Part shown: positions 12,474 through 24,091 of the stretch, piece after piece
Position numbering within the stretch: the stretch's first letter is position 1
Layout of the letters: every line of letters begins with the position of its first letter
Source: Zygophlyctis sp. KS116
Lineage: Eukaryota; Fungi; Chytridiomycota
Direction of reading: 5' to 3'
NCBI GenBank assembly: GCA_054661495.1
Contig: BAAFSQ010000080.1
Location: 1 to 32,000, forward strand
Length of the DNA stretch: 32,000 nucleotides
Translations under genes and position numbers: made by a program
The notes under the pieces: generated by a model
Databases searched by the model: none
What the model saw: the letters and a program-made list of their open reading frames with translations, nothing else
What the model was told of the DNA's origin: nothing

Positions 12474-14695
12474 TTATAAGGGGATTTGCTGTAGAAATCC
12501 CTCTGTAGTTCCAATAACTAGATAACTTAAGTCCTTTGGAAATTTCACTGTCAATATCCCGAAGTTAAAAACTCTGATCTGTCGAATAATTGACATATCA
12601 CTAGTCTTAAATATCAGAAGATTATTATCAAATGATCCAGTAGCAAAGTACTCTCCGTTATCAGAGAATGAAACAGTGCAGGCCCAAGAAGGGGAGAGGC
12701 TGTGCGAACGAACCATTGTACCATTGATGTAGTCAAAAATTCGTATTTTTGAGTCCCTGGATGTTGTAATCAACAGATTCTTGTGCATGGCGACATCTAG
12801 AACATAATCTTGGTGGTCATCAAATGATCGAAACGGCGTTGGGCTTTTGGAATTTAGAAGAAATTTCACATCCCAAATAAGTACACGCCGATCTAGTGAT
12901 GCGGAAGCAATATATTTACCGTCTTGAGAAAACTTCACCACTTTAACCCATTTGGTATGTTTTTTGACACTATTTAAGCAATCTCCCGTAGCAAAGTCCC
13001 ATATCCTAATCGAATTATCAGTTGATCCCGATACAATATGTCGCTCATCAGGGCTGAGTGCGCAACTCAAAACAGCATCAGTATGACCTACGAGCGTTCG
13101 CTCACAAGTAGCATTTTGTGAATTCCAGATCTTTTCATTTGAGATATATTTTATGAATACCTTTATTGTCCTGTCAAAAGAAGAAGAAATTATATGTGTT
13201 TCTTCTTGATTAAATAGCACACTAGTTATGATTGATTTATGTCCCACATATTGTGCAAGACAAACGTGAGAGTTTGAAGCCCTTATATCTTGGATTTTAA
13301 TTAAGCAATCATTTCCTCCCGTTAACCACAATGAGCTGTCATAGTTAGAATATTGTACTGCTTTTAACCCGTCTCTATGCGCTGCTACAAAATTAGGAAA
13401 TATAAAAATATCCATCATTGTGAACATATCATGTAGCAATGCAAGCTTGAAATGAATCTTCCTTATTTTATATTTTGGGATTTTCCCATCTTTTCTTCGC
13501 AGCTCCAATATTTTTCTTATCTTAAGTCTTAGAGAATTCGGACTTCGTAAGTCTGCAAGAGTGACCTGACCCGGTAACTCTTTTGTCAAAAGATCCCAAA
13601 GTGCTTTGAGGGTATTGGAAACGAAATCCATTGATAAGTCATGAGCGAATGAGCAGTACTTTGAGTATGTTACCTTATCGTTTAAAAGCTCAGCTATCGA
13701 CAATATAACCATTAAATTAGATACTGCAATAATTGTATAATCTGTCGATTTATCGATTTCCACATATATATGATTAATATCTTTCTAGAAATTAAATTTT
13801 TGACATTAAATACTTGAGAAATTTGCTGCATATCCATCGGAGCAGTAGTCATTTCTGCAACTGGAACCGATAAAAATTGAAAAGATCCGGGTAGATTTGA
13901 ATTTATATTAAGATTTGATTCAATTTTAGGTAATTGTTCTTCAGAGTGTTCGGACATGACTTCATCTTGTTCATCTCCATCCTCTGGAAATTCATTTTCC
14001 ATTTCTGTATCTTCCATTTTTGAATCCTGAGCTGGAGTTTCACCCGACAGAGATCCTCTTCTATCCAAAAACGACGCTCTTCTTACAGTCATTCCCTTTT
14101 TCGCCATTGATCTCTCGTCTGCAATTTCATCATCCTCATCCAAATCCAATAATAGCTCTTTAGATTTCTGATTATCTAAATCTTCTGCTGATTTCAATGC
14201 CCAAACTTTTTCCAAATCTTGTTCATCATCAAAGTTTTCCTTATCATCTACTTGACCATTCTTAAATGTACTTAGACCCTGTCCAATCCTTGGAATTTCT
14301 TCATCTATATCCACATAAAACTTATTCAAAATCCTTCGAGTCATTTGATGCAGAGTTTCATAAGTTTTCAAGATTCTTTCTGCCTCTCCCTTTTCTCTAT
14401 CATTACGAAGATCAATTTCTCTAGTTGGTCTTTTCATCTTGAAATGATCTAGAACAGAATCATCACCGAATTCCGTGACATCTTGAACTGTCCATCCATA
14501 AATCCAATCACTCAACTGACCATATGCTGATCTATAATCTGCCGATTCCAATTCCTTTATTCTAAAATGTGTAATTGTTTGTGCTAGCGGCCTAGAGCAA
14601 GAGGGATCAAAAGACTTGAAGAAATGTTGTAGAGTCCCAATTTTCAAAGAGTCGCCCATTGATGACAATTCCTGTAACAACTTGAGACTTTCCAT
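12474..14695 (-). CDS. WD40-repeat protein with an acidic N-terminal region (introns 13785-13813 and probably 13131-13160)
   Basis: Multiple GH...WD-type repeats (GHTDAV..SGSTDNSIRIWD, KHTKWV..SASLDRRVLIWD). A 29-nt GT-AG intron joins the two ORFs. Confidence 0.85.
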
Positions 14696-14831
14696 TTCAG
14701 GAAAGAAAATGTCCGAAATGCGTCATGCCTCACGTACCGAGGCTTTCTTATCTAATTCAGCGTACTGTAAGGTGTAAGCTGTGTTTAGACATAAGCAGGC
14801 TTGAATCTATTAAAAATACAAAGTATCAAAA

Positions 14832-15041
14832 ATGTTTTCTAAATCTCAACCTATTGCAGTCCCTCTAAAAAAGAATCAAATGAGCGCTTCTTTGGCAATG
14901 TCTGAATCAAGTTTGTCTGGAAAAAGTAATTCTTTCAAGTCGGGCAGATCCCAGTCTACTAATACCTCATCAAGTCCCAGTGGATCTTATGTATTAAGAA
15001 ATTCATTCAAAAAGAATATCGGTTCATGCCACAACTTTTAA
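14832..15041 (+). CDS. Small Ser-rich hypothetical protein (69 aa)
   Basis: ATG ORF in A-rich start context (AAAAATG) that fills the gap before Elongin C. No family recognised. Confidence 0.45.
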   Translation: MFSKSQPIAVPLKKNQMSASLAMSESSLSGKSNSFKSGRSQSTNTSSSPSGSYVLRNSFKKNIGSCHNF

Positions 15042-15057
15042 GGAAAAATTAATAAAA

Positions 15058-15456
15058 ATGTCTTTGGAAGAACAAGTTTCCCCATTGTCCGAGACTGTAA
15101 AACTAATTTCTTCTGATGGCTTTGAATTTATTATTGACCGTCGTACTGCAATGGGAAGTGGGACCATAAAGAATATGCTTTCATCTCCTGGTAATACTCT
15201 CTGATTAAATATAGGACAATTTACTGAAGCTAGTCAGAATGAAATTAATTTTAGAGACATCAAGTATAATTCTTTTATTAAATCTTAGAGCTGCTATTCT
15301 AGAAGTTGTATGTAAGTACTTGTATTACAAGGTATTCGACATAATTTAAAAATAAAGGCTCGGCATGCGAATGCAATGGGAGATGTTCCAGAGTTTCCTA
15401 TTCAACCTCAAGTTGCGCTGGAATTGCTCATGGCATCAGACTTTTTAGACTGTTGA
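15058..15456 (+). CDS. ELC1: Elongin C (introns 15191-15214, 15264-15288, 15332-15357); absent from the ORF track
   Basis: Manual splicing gives [62 protein letters not shown]...[23 protein letters not shown]. Confidence 0.95.
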
Positions 15457-15625
15457 AAATAATATTTCTCTTTGAATTGATAATGCATTAGTCGGTATTA
15501 ATGCATTAGTTTGTTATAAGAAGCATGAGTCATAAAATTTCTCTGAGAATCCAGGAGCTTCTGGAATATCATGTGCGGCTATAAAAAGTCTCGTGCTGAT
15601 CCACCCCATTCTTAAATATTAAGAA

Positions 15626-15835
15626 ATGACTCACTCAAAGATGAATCGAAAGCAGCCAAAGTTTGCTAATTCTAGATCTGGAAACCAACTCAATTCTGCA
15701 AAGAAGCATGGGATTGGGAAAGGGAACTGGGGGGATATTGTGAATGATATAGATGATCCTGATTACTATAGTTCATCAAGTAAAAGTACAGCTCCAAAAG
15801 TGTCTGTTTCTCCATCACTTCAAAACTTTTCATAG
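15626..15835 (+). CDS. Small STF2/TMA10-like (HABP4/PAI-RBP1-type motif) protein
   Basis: KKHGIGKGNWG...DIDD resembles the KK.G.GKGNWG motif of yeast Stf2/Tma10, and the size is similar. Confidence 0.7.
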   Translation: MTHSKMNRKQPKFANSRSGNQLNSAKKHGIGKGNWGDIVNDIDDPDYYSSSSKSTAPKVSVSPSLQNFS

Positions 15836-15837
15836 TG

Positions 15838-18800
15838 TTATATTTGTCTAGTGAAATCTAACAATATCTAGAAATTAGCTCGAATAAACTCACATCTAAA
15901 ACTTGATTCATTTCTTGTCCATAATTAGAGACTGCTAATGCAGATAAGGCAACTCCAACGTCTTCAACTTGGCATAATGTCATTGCGGCTGTCCGATCGA
16001 CTAAAAGACTTGAAATATTTTCAACAATTTTGGGATCAAGGGGTATAGCACAAGTGACGGGTTCAACAGAATCTATGGCAATATATTCTTCTTGAGTGAG
16101 GTCGATAGAACTAGAATCGGCAATGTCTTTGCAATGGTCTGAATCAGCTTCCTTTTCAATGTCCTCATCACAGTCGACTTGTTTGGAACTTTCCAAAACT
16201 AAATTATTTTCCTCGCTCATTGCGTCTACATCCTTCTCTTCTTCATCCATTTCTGAGCCCATTTTATCCTCGTTTATGATTTCTTGAGGCTCATTAGTTG
16301 GCTCTTCTTCATCTTTGTCATTAGGTGACGGATCATTGGGAGCATCAGTAGTGTCTAAAACTTCTTCTTGCTCTGGTGGAAGATTTTTATCCAAAAGTCT
16401 AAACAGCCAGCATGCTTGGATAAAGTCTCTGGGTAATAAAAGCAAATGTTCCTGAGCAGAATCTCGTAATCTAAGCGCCTAATTATATTATGAAAAAATA
16501 TTTTACTTTTAGAATATTATCCTTTTGATATGGAATATTAGGATCATTGTACATTTGAACGTTGCGAACAATAAGATTAATATCTGATAAAAAGTCATCG
16601 ACGGTCTGGTACTGATTATTAAAGATTTTTTCTTCCATAGTGCCGAGATCCATAGGTATTTCAGGATTATATCCAGGATTTTGTTCTCTATCTACAGGTC
16701 TTGCAAAAACTTTGAAATTCTTTTTTAAATCTTCAACAATCATTCCAAAATATTGACGAACGGCTAATTTATGTTTTTCACGCTCTTGGGCAATATCTGA
16801 ACTTTGCTCCTTAAACATATCTTCAACATTCACTTCTTCAGACGCAATGGGAAGTGAAGGGGTATCTTTAGAAACAGATTTTAAATTCATCTTTGCAAAA
16901 CTAAATGGTATATCATTCAAAATTTTGCTGAAAAAATCACGTCTGGATTCCTATATGTTACTAAAAAACTTTTTTACGCTATTCGGCTCTTCGAGTGTTA
17001 CAACTTTTCTCCAGCTGATTCTTTTCTCTTGTAGCTCCTCTAGAAATAGTCCTTTAATGTCGTTATTCAGTTCTTTGAAATCAACACTTGTGGTTCCAGC
17101 CAAAATTATAGGATCCTGTCTATCACGGTAAAGCAGAGTTTTAAAGGTTTCAATCGCCGTATCTGAAAGAACTTCCCAGATTTTGTTGATGTCATATATG
17201 AACAGAGCCGATGCCTTTTGCCTTTTCAATTCATGGAATAAACGAAATAAGTTGGCTTCGGGGGTAAGATCGCTCTGAGATACTAAACTTGATACGTCAA
17301 TAACCTTAACGTAAAGCCCTGACTTTTCAAGAATATCAATCACAAATGGTCCCAGATATTTTTGGCCCATATCTTGTGGCCCTGAAATAAGCAGATGTGG
17401 TTCATAAGATCGTAAGCAATCAAATATTGAACCAACAGTTTTATCGGCTATTAAAAATGAATTTTGTTTCCTCTTGTCAATCAACCCCAAAGCCTGAATC
17501 AGAAAAGATCGAATTTGAGAGGATGAGCGCTCCAAAAGTAAATCTAAAAGTGGTGGTAAAGGTCGCCCATACACAGTGCCAGACCGTTCCGTAGAAGGTA
17601 CTATCTCTGAATTGTCAAAAAATTCAAGTCTTACTGTTTATAGCAGAAATAAAATCACACTGCTCCACGTGGATTTTTGTTGAATCAATGACTAACTTTT
17701 CCTTTGCTTCGTAAATTTGCGGGATCGATCTTCTAATTGCACATAGAGCAGCCTCAGTGCACATAGCCTGACATAAAAAGAATGTAAATTGTACCTTAAC
17801 GTCGGCCCCATTATAACCTCTAGACATTATAGAAAGTTCAGACTTGAAAGATTCAGACAATTTTGGATTCCACTTTTCTGTTGCTAAATCAATAATTTTT
17901 TTCCTAGCTGGTTCAGTTGGTAGAGGAAAGAAAAATTCTCTGTCAAATCTGCCCGGCCTCCTAAGGGCAGGATCAATTGAATCAATTCTATTTGTGGCAC
18001 CAATCACGATTACTTGTCCTGAAGTTTAATAAAAATCTCGTGATACCTCTATTATCTAAACCATCCATTAAAGCGAGTAGAGTAGATACAATTGAAGAAT
18101 GTATTTGATCCTGCTTGCTGGATCTAACTGGGGCCAGCCCTATAATTGAGAAAGTTGCTGTTACCATCAATTTCATCAAAAAATATAATGGAAGGCTGCC
18201 ATGCTTTTGCTTGCTCAAATAATTGACGGAGCTGTTTTTCTGACTCTCCTACCCATTTATTCAATACATCCGCCCCTTTCCTAACAAAAAAAGCTACCGG
18301 CCTGGAAGAAGTTGAACAGCTTGATGCCAAGGCTCGTGCTAATATGTAAATTACAAACTCAATATACCCATTAAAGTTTTCCCCGTTCCTGGAGGACCAT
18401 GAAATAAAACTCCTCTAGATTTTTTAATTTCAAATATAATACCTTGGTGGAGTTATTTGAAAATTTTCAAACAATTCAGGGTATAAAAGTGGGATAACAA
18501 TCATTTCCTTTAATGATGCGATATCTAAATGTAAACTGTAATCAATATACGTTCATCTAGGCCAGCCACTTTTGAAAAATCTATGGCTTCTTGAGTAGCC
18601 GCTAAAATCAAAATAAAACTTTAATACCTTGTGGAGCAAACTGTTTTTGCTTTTCTTCAAACGAAGCTCTCGTTTCTTCATCGACATTCTTCAATAGTGA
18701 TAACTGCTGAGACTTTAATAATTCCACCATATTCAATGGCTGAACTGTGTTTCCTCTCGACCCCGATCCACCCTTTAAAAGTGCAAAGAACCTTCCTTTT

Positions 18801-19770
18801 GGCGGTCCTGTTTGCTGTTCTTCTTCATCCTATTTCCTTAATCTTAAAATAACCATACTTCATTAAGCCTAAATAGTTTAGAAGGCGTTCTTGGGATATT
18901 AAATCCCCAACTCCTATTACCATTTAAAGAATTTTTTTGATTGAAACCCATTGGCAAAACATTATTCCTATCTAATTCCACTAAAGCATCAACATCTTTA
19001 AATGCTTGTGGATACATTTGATTAGCATAATTAACTGGAGCTTTTTTCCTTAAAGATCTCCCATCACTATCTTTTCCTTTAGGATAGAATGCTTTTCTAG
19101 ATCTAGTCATCCTCACATTATCATTTAAATCCAAATCTAAAAAATCGTCCTCTTCAGACTCTTCTTCTTCCTGCCAAACTTCATCATCAGAATCACTTTC
19201 AGACGCTACGTGCTCCAACTCCTCCTCTTCATCCTCAGCCTGCCCCTTGCCCTCCTCATGAACCGACTCTTCCGAATTCTCTTCATGCTCCTTTAAATCA
19301 TCCCTTACGCTTCTTGTTAACCTTTTCAATCTAGTATTTTCAATGTCATGTCTATCTTGTTGATGAAACTCTCTTTTTAATTTAGAATAATGATTATTAT
19401 CCAAATCATTAATTGAATCATCACTTTCTTGCAGACTATTTTGTTTATCCTCCTCATAATTCTCATGTTTTGAATCATTTTCTAAATCTCCATCTTGTGA
19501 AAAATATCCATTAGAAATTTCCTTTTGAGTGCTTTTAACAGATCTCAGAGAATATTTCAAGTTTTTGGGAATTTCTGAATCTTCCAGTCGCGATGATCGT
19601 CGTCTTTCCCTATGAAATCTTGAAGATCGTTTTGGAGAAGAATAATAATCTTCTGATAGTCCATCATAAAAATCATGATCATTAATCTTGTACTTTTTCT
19701 TTGTCGGAGGACTCTTTGAGAGTGTCAAATCGTCTTCCTCTGAAGACATGATTCTACTCTTTTTCCTCAT
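15838..19770 (-). CDS. YTA7: ATAD2/Yta7 AAA+ ATPase with bromodomain, multi-exon
   Basis: Acidic low-complexity N-terminus, [128 protein letters not shown], and bromodomain PMDLGTM...FLSDINLIVRN..MYN. The last intron near 15868-15893 leads to TAA at 15838. Confidence 0.92.
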
Positions 19771-19928
19771 TTTACTTAGGTTTCTCGTAAACTGTATTAT
19801 TACAATTTTATTACATCTTATATAACTCTTCACTTGGACTAGGCAGTCCGGATCACTAGACAAGGTTGTTGAAATAAGAAATGTTGTATTATTAGAATTT
19901 TAATATCAAGTAAACATGGCTTAATTTA

Positions 19929-19951
19929 ACGCCGCTGTGTGTCGGCGGCGT
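19929..19951. repeat. GC-rich inverted repeat/hairpin in the YTA7-tropomyosin divergent spacer
   Basis: ACGCCGCTG-TGTGT-CGGCGGCGT forms a 9-bp stem (one G-U pair) with a 5-nt loop. Confidence 0.6.
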
Positions 19952-19971
19952 AAGTTTATAAACAGATTGAA

Positions 19972-20538
19972 ATGGACAAAGTCAAGGAAGTAATATCTCT
20001 CTTATTTAACAGTCTAGAAATTGGAAAAAGTTCGAGTTGAAGCTGATAACGCCATTGCTAGAGCTGAAAAAGCAGAAGCTAAAGTAAAGGAATTGGAGGC
20101 TCAAATTCAAAATTTAGATACTGAAAACCAGTCTCTCTCAAACAAAATTTCATTGTTGACTTCGGACATTGAAAGAGCAGAAAAGAGAGTTGAAGAAGTA
20201 CTATATTTCTTTTTCATTTTTAGATTAAATCTCGAAACTCTGCATCTGCAAAGGATGAGGCGATTCAAGAAGCCTTGGAGAGGAAAGTTGGGCTTTTAGA
20301 AAAAACAGTTGATGACAAGGAAAGAGATCGCAAAGAAGCGGTAGAAAGGTAAATTTATTAAAACTAATTTAAAAGAGTACGTTCACTAGAGTTGGAAGTT
20401 GAACAGAATTTTCGTAAAGTTAAACAGGCTGATGCAGAGAAAGAAGCCGTGGAAAAGAAATTTGAAGATATGCTCAACAAGTATAACTCTGTAAAATCTG
20501 AATTGGATGCTACTATTAAAGGATTGGAGGATTTATAG
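19972..20538 (+). CDS. TPM1: Tropomyosin, fungal type (introns 19990-20017, 20198-20223, 20349-20375)
   Basis: Spliced MDKVKEKLEKVRVEADNAIARAEKAEAKVKELE...NQSLSNKISLL...KYNSVKSELDATIKGLEDL* is a continuous coiled coil resembling Cdc8/Tpm1. Confidence 0.93.
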
Positions 20539-20563
20539 CATCGGGAATTTATAATATTATAAA

Positions 20564-22323
20564 ATGCCAAAAGAGAATAAATCGATCTTAAAGACAAAAC
20601 AGACGGTTACAATGACTTCAGCAATGTCTTCTGCTGTGGCGTTTTCTAAAAAAGAAATTCCGGTGGCAATAAAACCATCCCAGATTGTAAAGGAAACGAG
20701 CAAGGTGGAATCTATTCCAGAGCAAAAGTTACCATCAGCTAAAGATATATTACGATTGAGATATATGCGATTTAAATCTTTGGATATTGAGTCCACAATT
20801 GATTTTTATACAACAATTGGAATGAATGTAGATTTTAAATCCAATCAGGAGCTCTGGATAAATCAGAATACAATCAAGAAAAGAAATACAACTAATCAAG
20901 TGCAAGGAAAATCTAAAGTTTTAGAGACTAAAGAACGCACAATCGTTCCTCAAGCAGTTAGGAAAGCGGTCGTTGGTTTGTCATTTAAAGTCCCAGGGTC
21001 GGCTACGTTGGATCCAAACGATAATATACAAATTCTCTTTGAGAAGGATGCTAATATACCATCTATTGTTAATAATAAGTATACTGATGATCAGCCGATA
21101 AATGATAAAGGTTTTCATTTCTAATTAATTTTAGATGTAAAAACTCTCATGAATCGGGATTCGGAAGAGGTCAAAGAACCGCATTCATACGAGTATTTAG
21201 TTATTTATGTACATTTCTTGGATCGATTGGTGAAGAGGCTTGTTGGAAAAGGTAAATTGTATTTTTAATATCAATAGGATTCAAGAGCAAAGTTTTCAAT
21301 TCGGACTTGGGTTTGTCCGATATCAAAATGGCAATTTTTACTGATCCAAATGGAATAGAAGTAAGGATCATGGAATTGCCAAAAGAATATTTGGGAGAAG
21401 ATGAATCATCGACAAAAAAAACGGTGATTTAATTAATTATTAAATTTAGTGGTTTGCTAGATTAGCATATTATACGGTTCCAACAACAAGAATCGAAGAT
21501 TCGGTAGAATTTTATGAAGAAACATTAAGCATCTTTAAAAAAAAGCAAGAAGTGGATGAAATGCAGGCAATTCTAGGAATATCTGCAGCAAAAATAAAAA
21601 AAAAGAATTCTGCACGATTGTTAGATTCCGGACAAGCCAAGGTTAATTTTAATCAATTTCGTTTGATAGATGCTGAAGAATTTGTGATTGGTAATTTATT
21701 GTTTTGTAATGTATATAGGACTAACGCAGACTAAATTTTATTGGATGGCGAATGATAATCGAGGATCTGCCTGTTCAGTTTGTTTTACAGAAAAGAGTGA
21801 TGTAGACTCTAAATTTGATTCTCGTCAGCAGAATAAATCACCAAATTTAAATCTTTTATCCATAGGTATATTATTGATAACTTATTGTCTAGGATTTCAT
21901 GTTTCTAATTTAGATTCAAGCATCACTAGGATTAAAAATGAAACCAAGGGACTTATATGGGAAGATAATAGATATTTAATTACAAGTATCTTGAAACATT
22001 AATTTTTAGAGATTGGAATTATTGCAAGATTTCTGGACAAGATAAATAACGTATGGGTTGAATTATTTACAGGAAAGATCCCAGATCCTCCAAAAGTCAA
22101 GGAAAGAGGAAGAAATTTAATTAGTGATGAAACATTTTATTCCAAAAAGGAATCAACTTGCAGCAATTATATTCACAAGAATCATCTCAAGGGACATGCA
22201 CGAATCTTATCTCAAGGAGCGATATACCGTGTACGGACATTTTTGGAAGAAGATGAATATTCATCCCCATCAAAATCAACAAATTCTAAACCATTTATAA
22301 AGAGTCCGAGTTGTAATTTTTAA
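20564..22323 (+). CDS. Multi-exon protein with tandem glyoxalase/VOC-like domains
   Basis: LRYMRFKSLDIESTIDFYTTIGM, YLVIYVHFLDRLVKRLVGKG, MAIFTDPNGIEVRIME, LAYYTVPTTRIEDSVEFYEETL, GFHVSNLDSSITRI and ARFLDKINNVWVELF, joined by micro-introns (e.g. 21111-21134). Confidence 0.7.
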
Positions 22324-22457
22324 ATGTTTATTAAAAACTTGTTTTTCAAAGTTCAAAGTATCCAGATCCCTTTCGATTTTATCATTCTGACTTATCAAGA
22401 ACATCTAAACAGTATCCAACCCATTCAAATCAAAAATATATATTATGAGCCGCCACT

Positions 22458-23734
22458 CTAAAAACATAAAAGAGTTACAGAAGTGCTGCTAACAGATCTA
22501 TTACACTTATATGAAAAAATTCTTACATAGCCATCCCACATCTTGCGGTAAAAGTTCCATTTAATGATGGGTTGTTGTGAAGCAACCTGTTATTTTAAAT
22601 CTAGAAAATAATTACAGACTTTGCAAACTTGTTAAATTTCCAATCTCTGAAGGGACTGGTCCTGAGAGTTTATTGTAGGAAAGATCACTGGTAAGTTTAA
22701 AAGTAGAAAATAATTACACATTTTGCAAATTTACTAATTGTCCAATTTCAGCAGGAATTGAATCTGAGAGTTGATTTACATTAAGCCACCTGTTATTGTA
22801 AATTTATAAAATAATTACATAATTTTCAAACTTGTTAATTTTCCAATCGAAGCAGGAATTGATCCTGAGAGTTGATTCTTATGAAGAAAACTTGAATTTA
22901 AATTTCGAAAATAGTTACAGAATTTGCAAATTTACCAAATTTCCAATCTCTGAAGGAATTGAACCTGAGAGTTGATTGCCTTGAAGCCACCTATTATTAT
23001 AAAATCTAGAAAATAATTACAGACTTTGCAAATTGATCAACTTTCCAATCGAGGCAGGAATTGAACCTGAGAGTTGATTGGCGGGAAGAAGACTTAAGTT
23101 TAAATTCAGAAAATAGTTACAGATATTGCAATTTTACCAAATTTCCAATTTGTGTAGGAATTGAACCTGAGAGTTTATTGCCGGAAAGCCAACTTTAATT
23201 TAAATTTAGGAAATAATTACAGCCATTGCAAATTTACTAAATTTCCAATTGAGGCAGGAATTGAGCCTGACAGTTGATTGTAAGAAAGATCACTTTCAGT
23301 TTAAAATTTCGAAAGTAATTACAGTTTTTGCAAATTGATAAAATTTCCAATTGCTGAAGGAATTGAACCTGTAAGAATGTTGTTTGCAAGAGTACTATAT
23401 CTTTTAGTAAATGAAATACTTACAGATGAGTCAAACTTGTTAATTTTCCCATTGATCTAGGAATTGAACCTGAGAGACCTTTATATCCCCAGTAAATCTG
23501 TTTAACTTTGTTAGAAGAATCACAGGTCACACCAGTCATTGGAACAGTACAACAACTGTTATCAGTCGATGAGATTCCAGTTGGGATTGTTTTTCCCATC
23601 AGTTGCAATGACCGGACAACCCAACAGCATTCAGGAGAAGTTGAAGTGCAATTAGCCTGAGACTCCACTCCAGCAATCAATGCAGTAAGAGTCAATGCCA
23701 AGATCTTAAAGGTCTTATTATCAGTGTTTACCAT
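22458..23734 (-). CDS. Secreted LRR protein (plant-specific-type 24-aa LRRs), 11 exons, eight of them 72-nt single-LRR exons
   Basis: Signal peptide and Cys-rich cap (23734-23424), then exons 23394-23323, 23292-23221, 23192-23121, 23092-23021, 22990-22919, 22890-22819, 22789-22718 and 22687-22616, each xLxxNxLSGSIPxxIGxLxxLxxL. Final exons are 22586-22527 and 22497-22458, the last less certain. Confidence 0.92.
22587..23394 (-). repeat. Tandem array of eight ~100-102 bp exon+intron units
   Basis: Plus-strand GGAATTGAACCTGAGAGTT and AAATA(A/G)TTAC motifs recur at ~100-bp spacing. Confidence 0.92.
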
Positions 23735-24091
23735 TGGTGTTATTTTTAGAAAGAGAAAGAGTAAAGCGGCATGCGTCTATTTATAATTGGTTGTTCTATT
23801 TATACTTAGTTAGTAGTGTAAATATAGCTTCTTGCCACCTTGTAAAATACTCTGATGTCGTCTCCTCCTCCATCTGCATCAATTGCCCCTCCTAACAGTT
23901 TTATTTTTTGAAAAGAGTAAAGTCCCCTTTATGGTGGGCTGGATTTGATCGTGGAGTGAATTGGGTGGATTAAAATCGTGGCGTGGCGTTTGAGATTTTT
24001 TGAATTGCATTAATGATTTTATCAGATCAGAGAATATTTTGTAATTTTTAAATGTTTATTAAACAAAATTTCTACATTTACACAAGCTTAA

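Noticed and set aside
15480-15510. Twice-repeated palindrome TAATGCATTA
   Set aside because: Short and AT-rich, so plausibly chance or local slippage, with no other support.
22587-23394. Regularly spaced ~29-bp repeats with 72-bp spacers resembling a CRISPR array
   Set aside because: The spacers are mutually homologous LRR-coding exons and the repeats are GT-AG introns. There are no cas genes and the context is eukaryotic.
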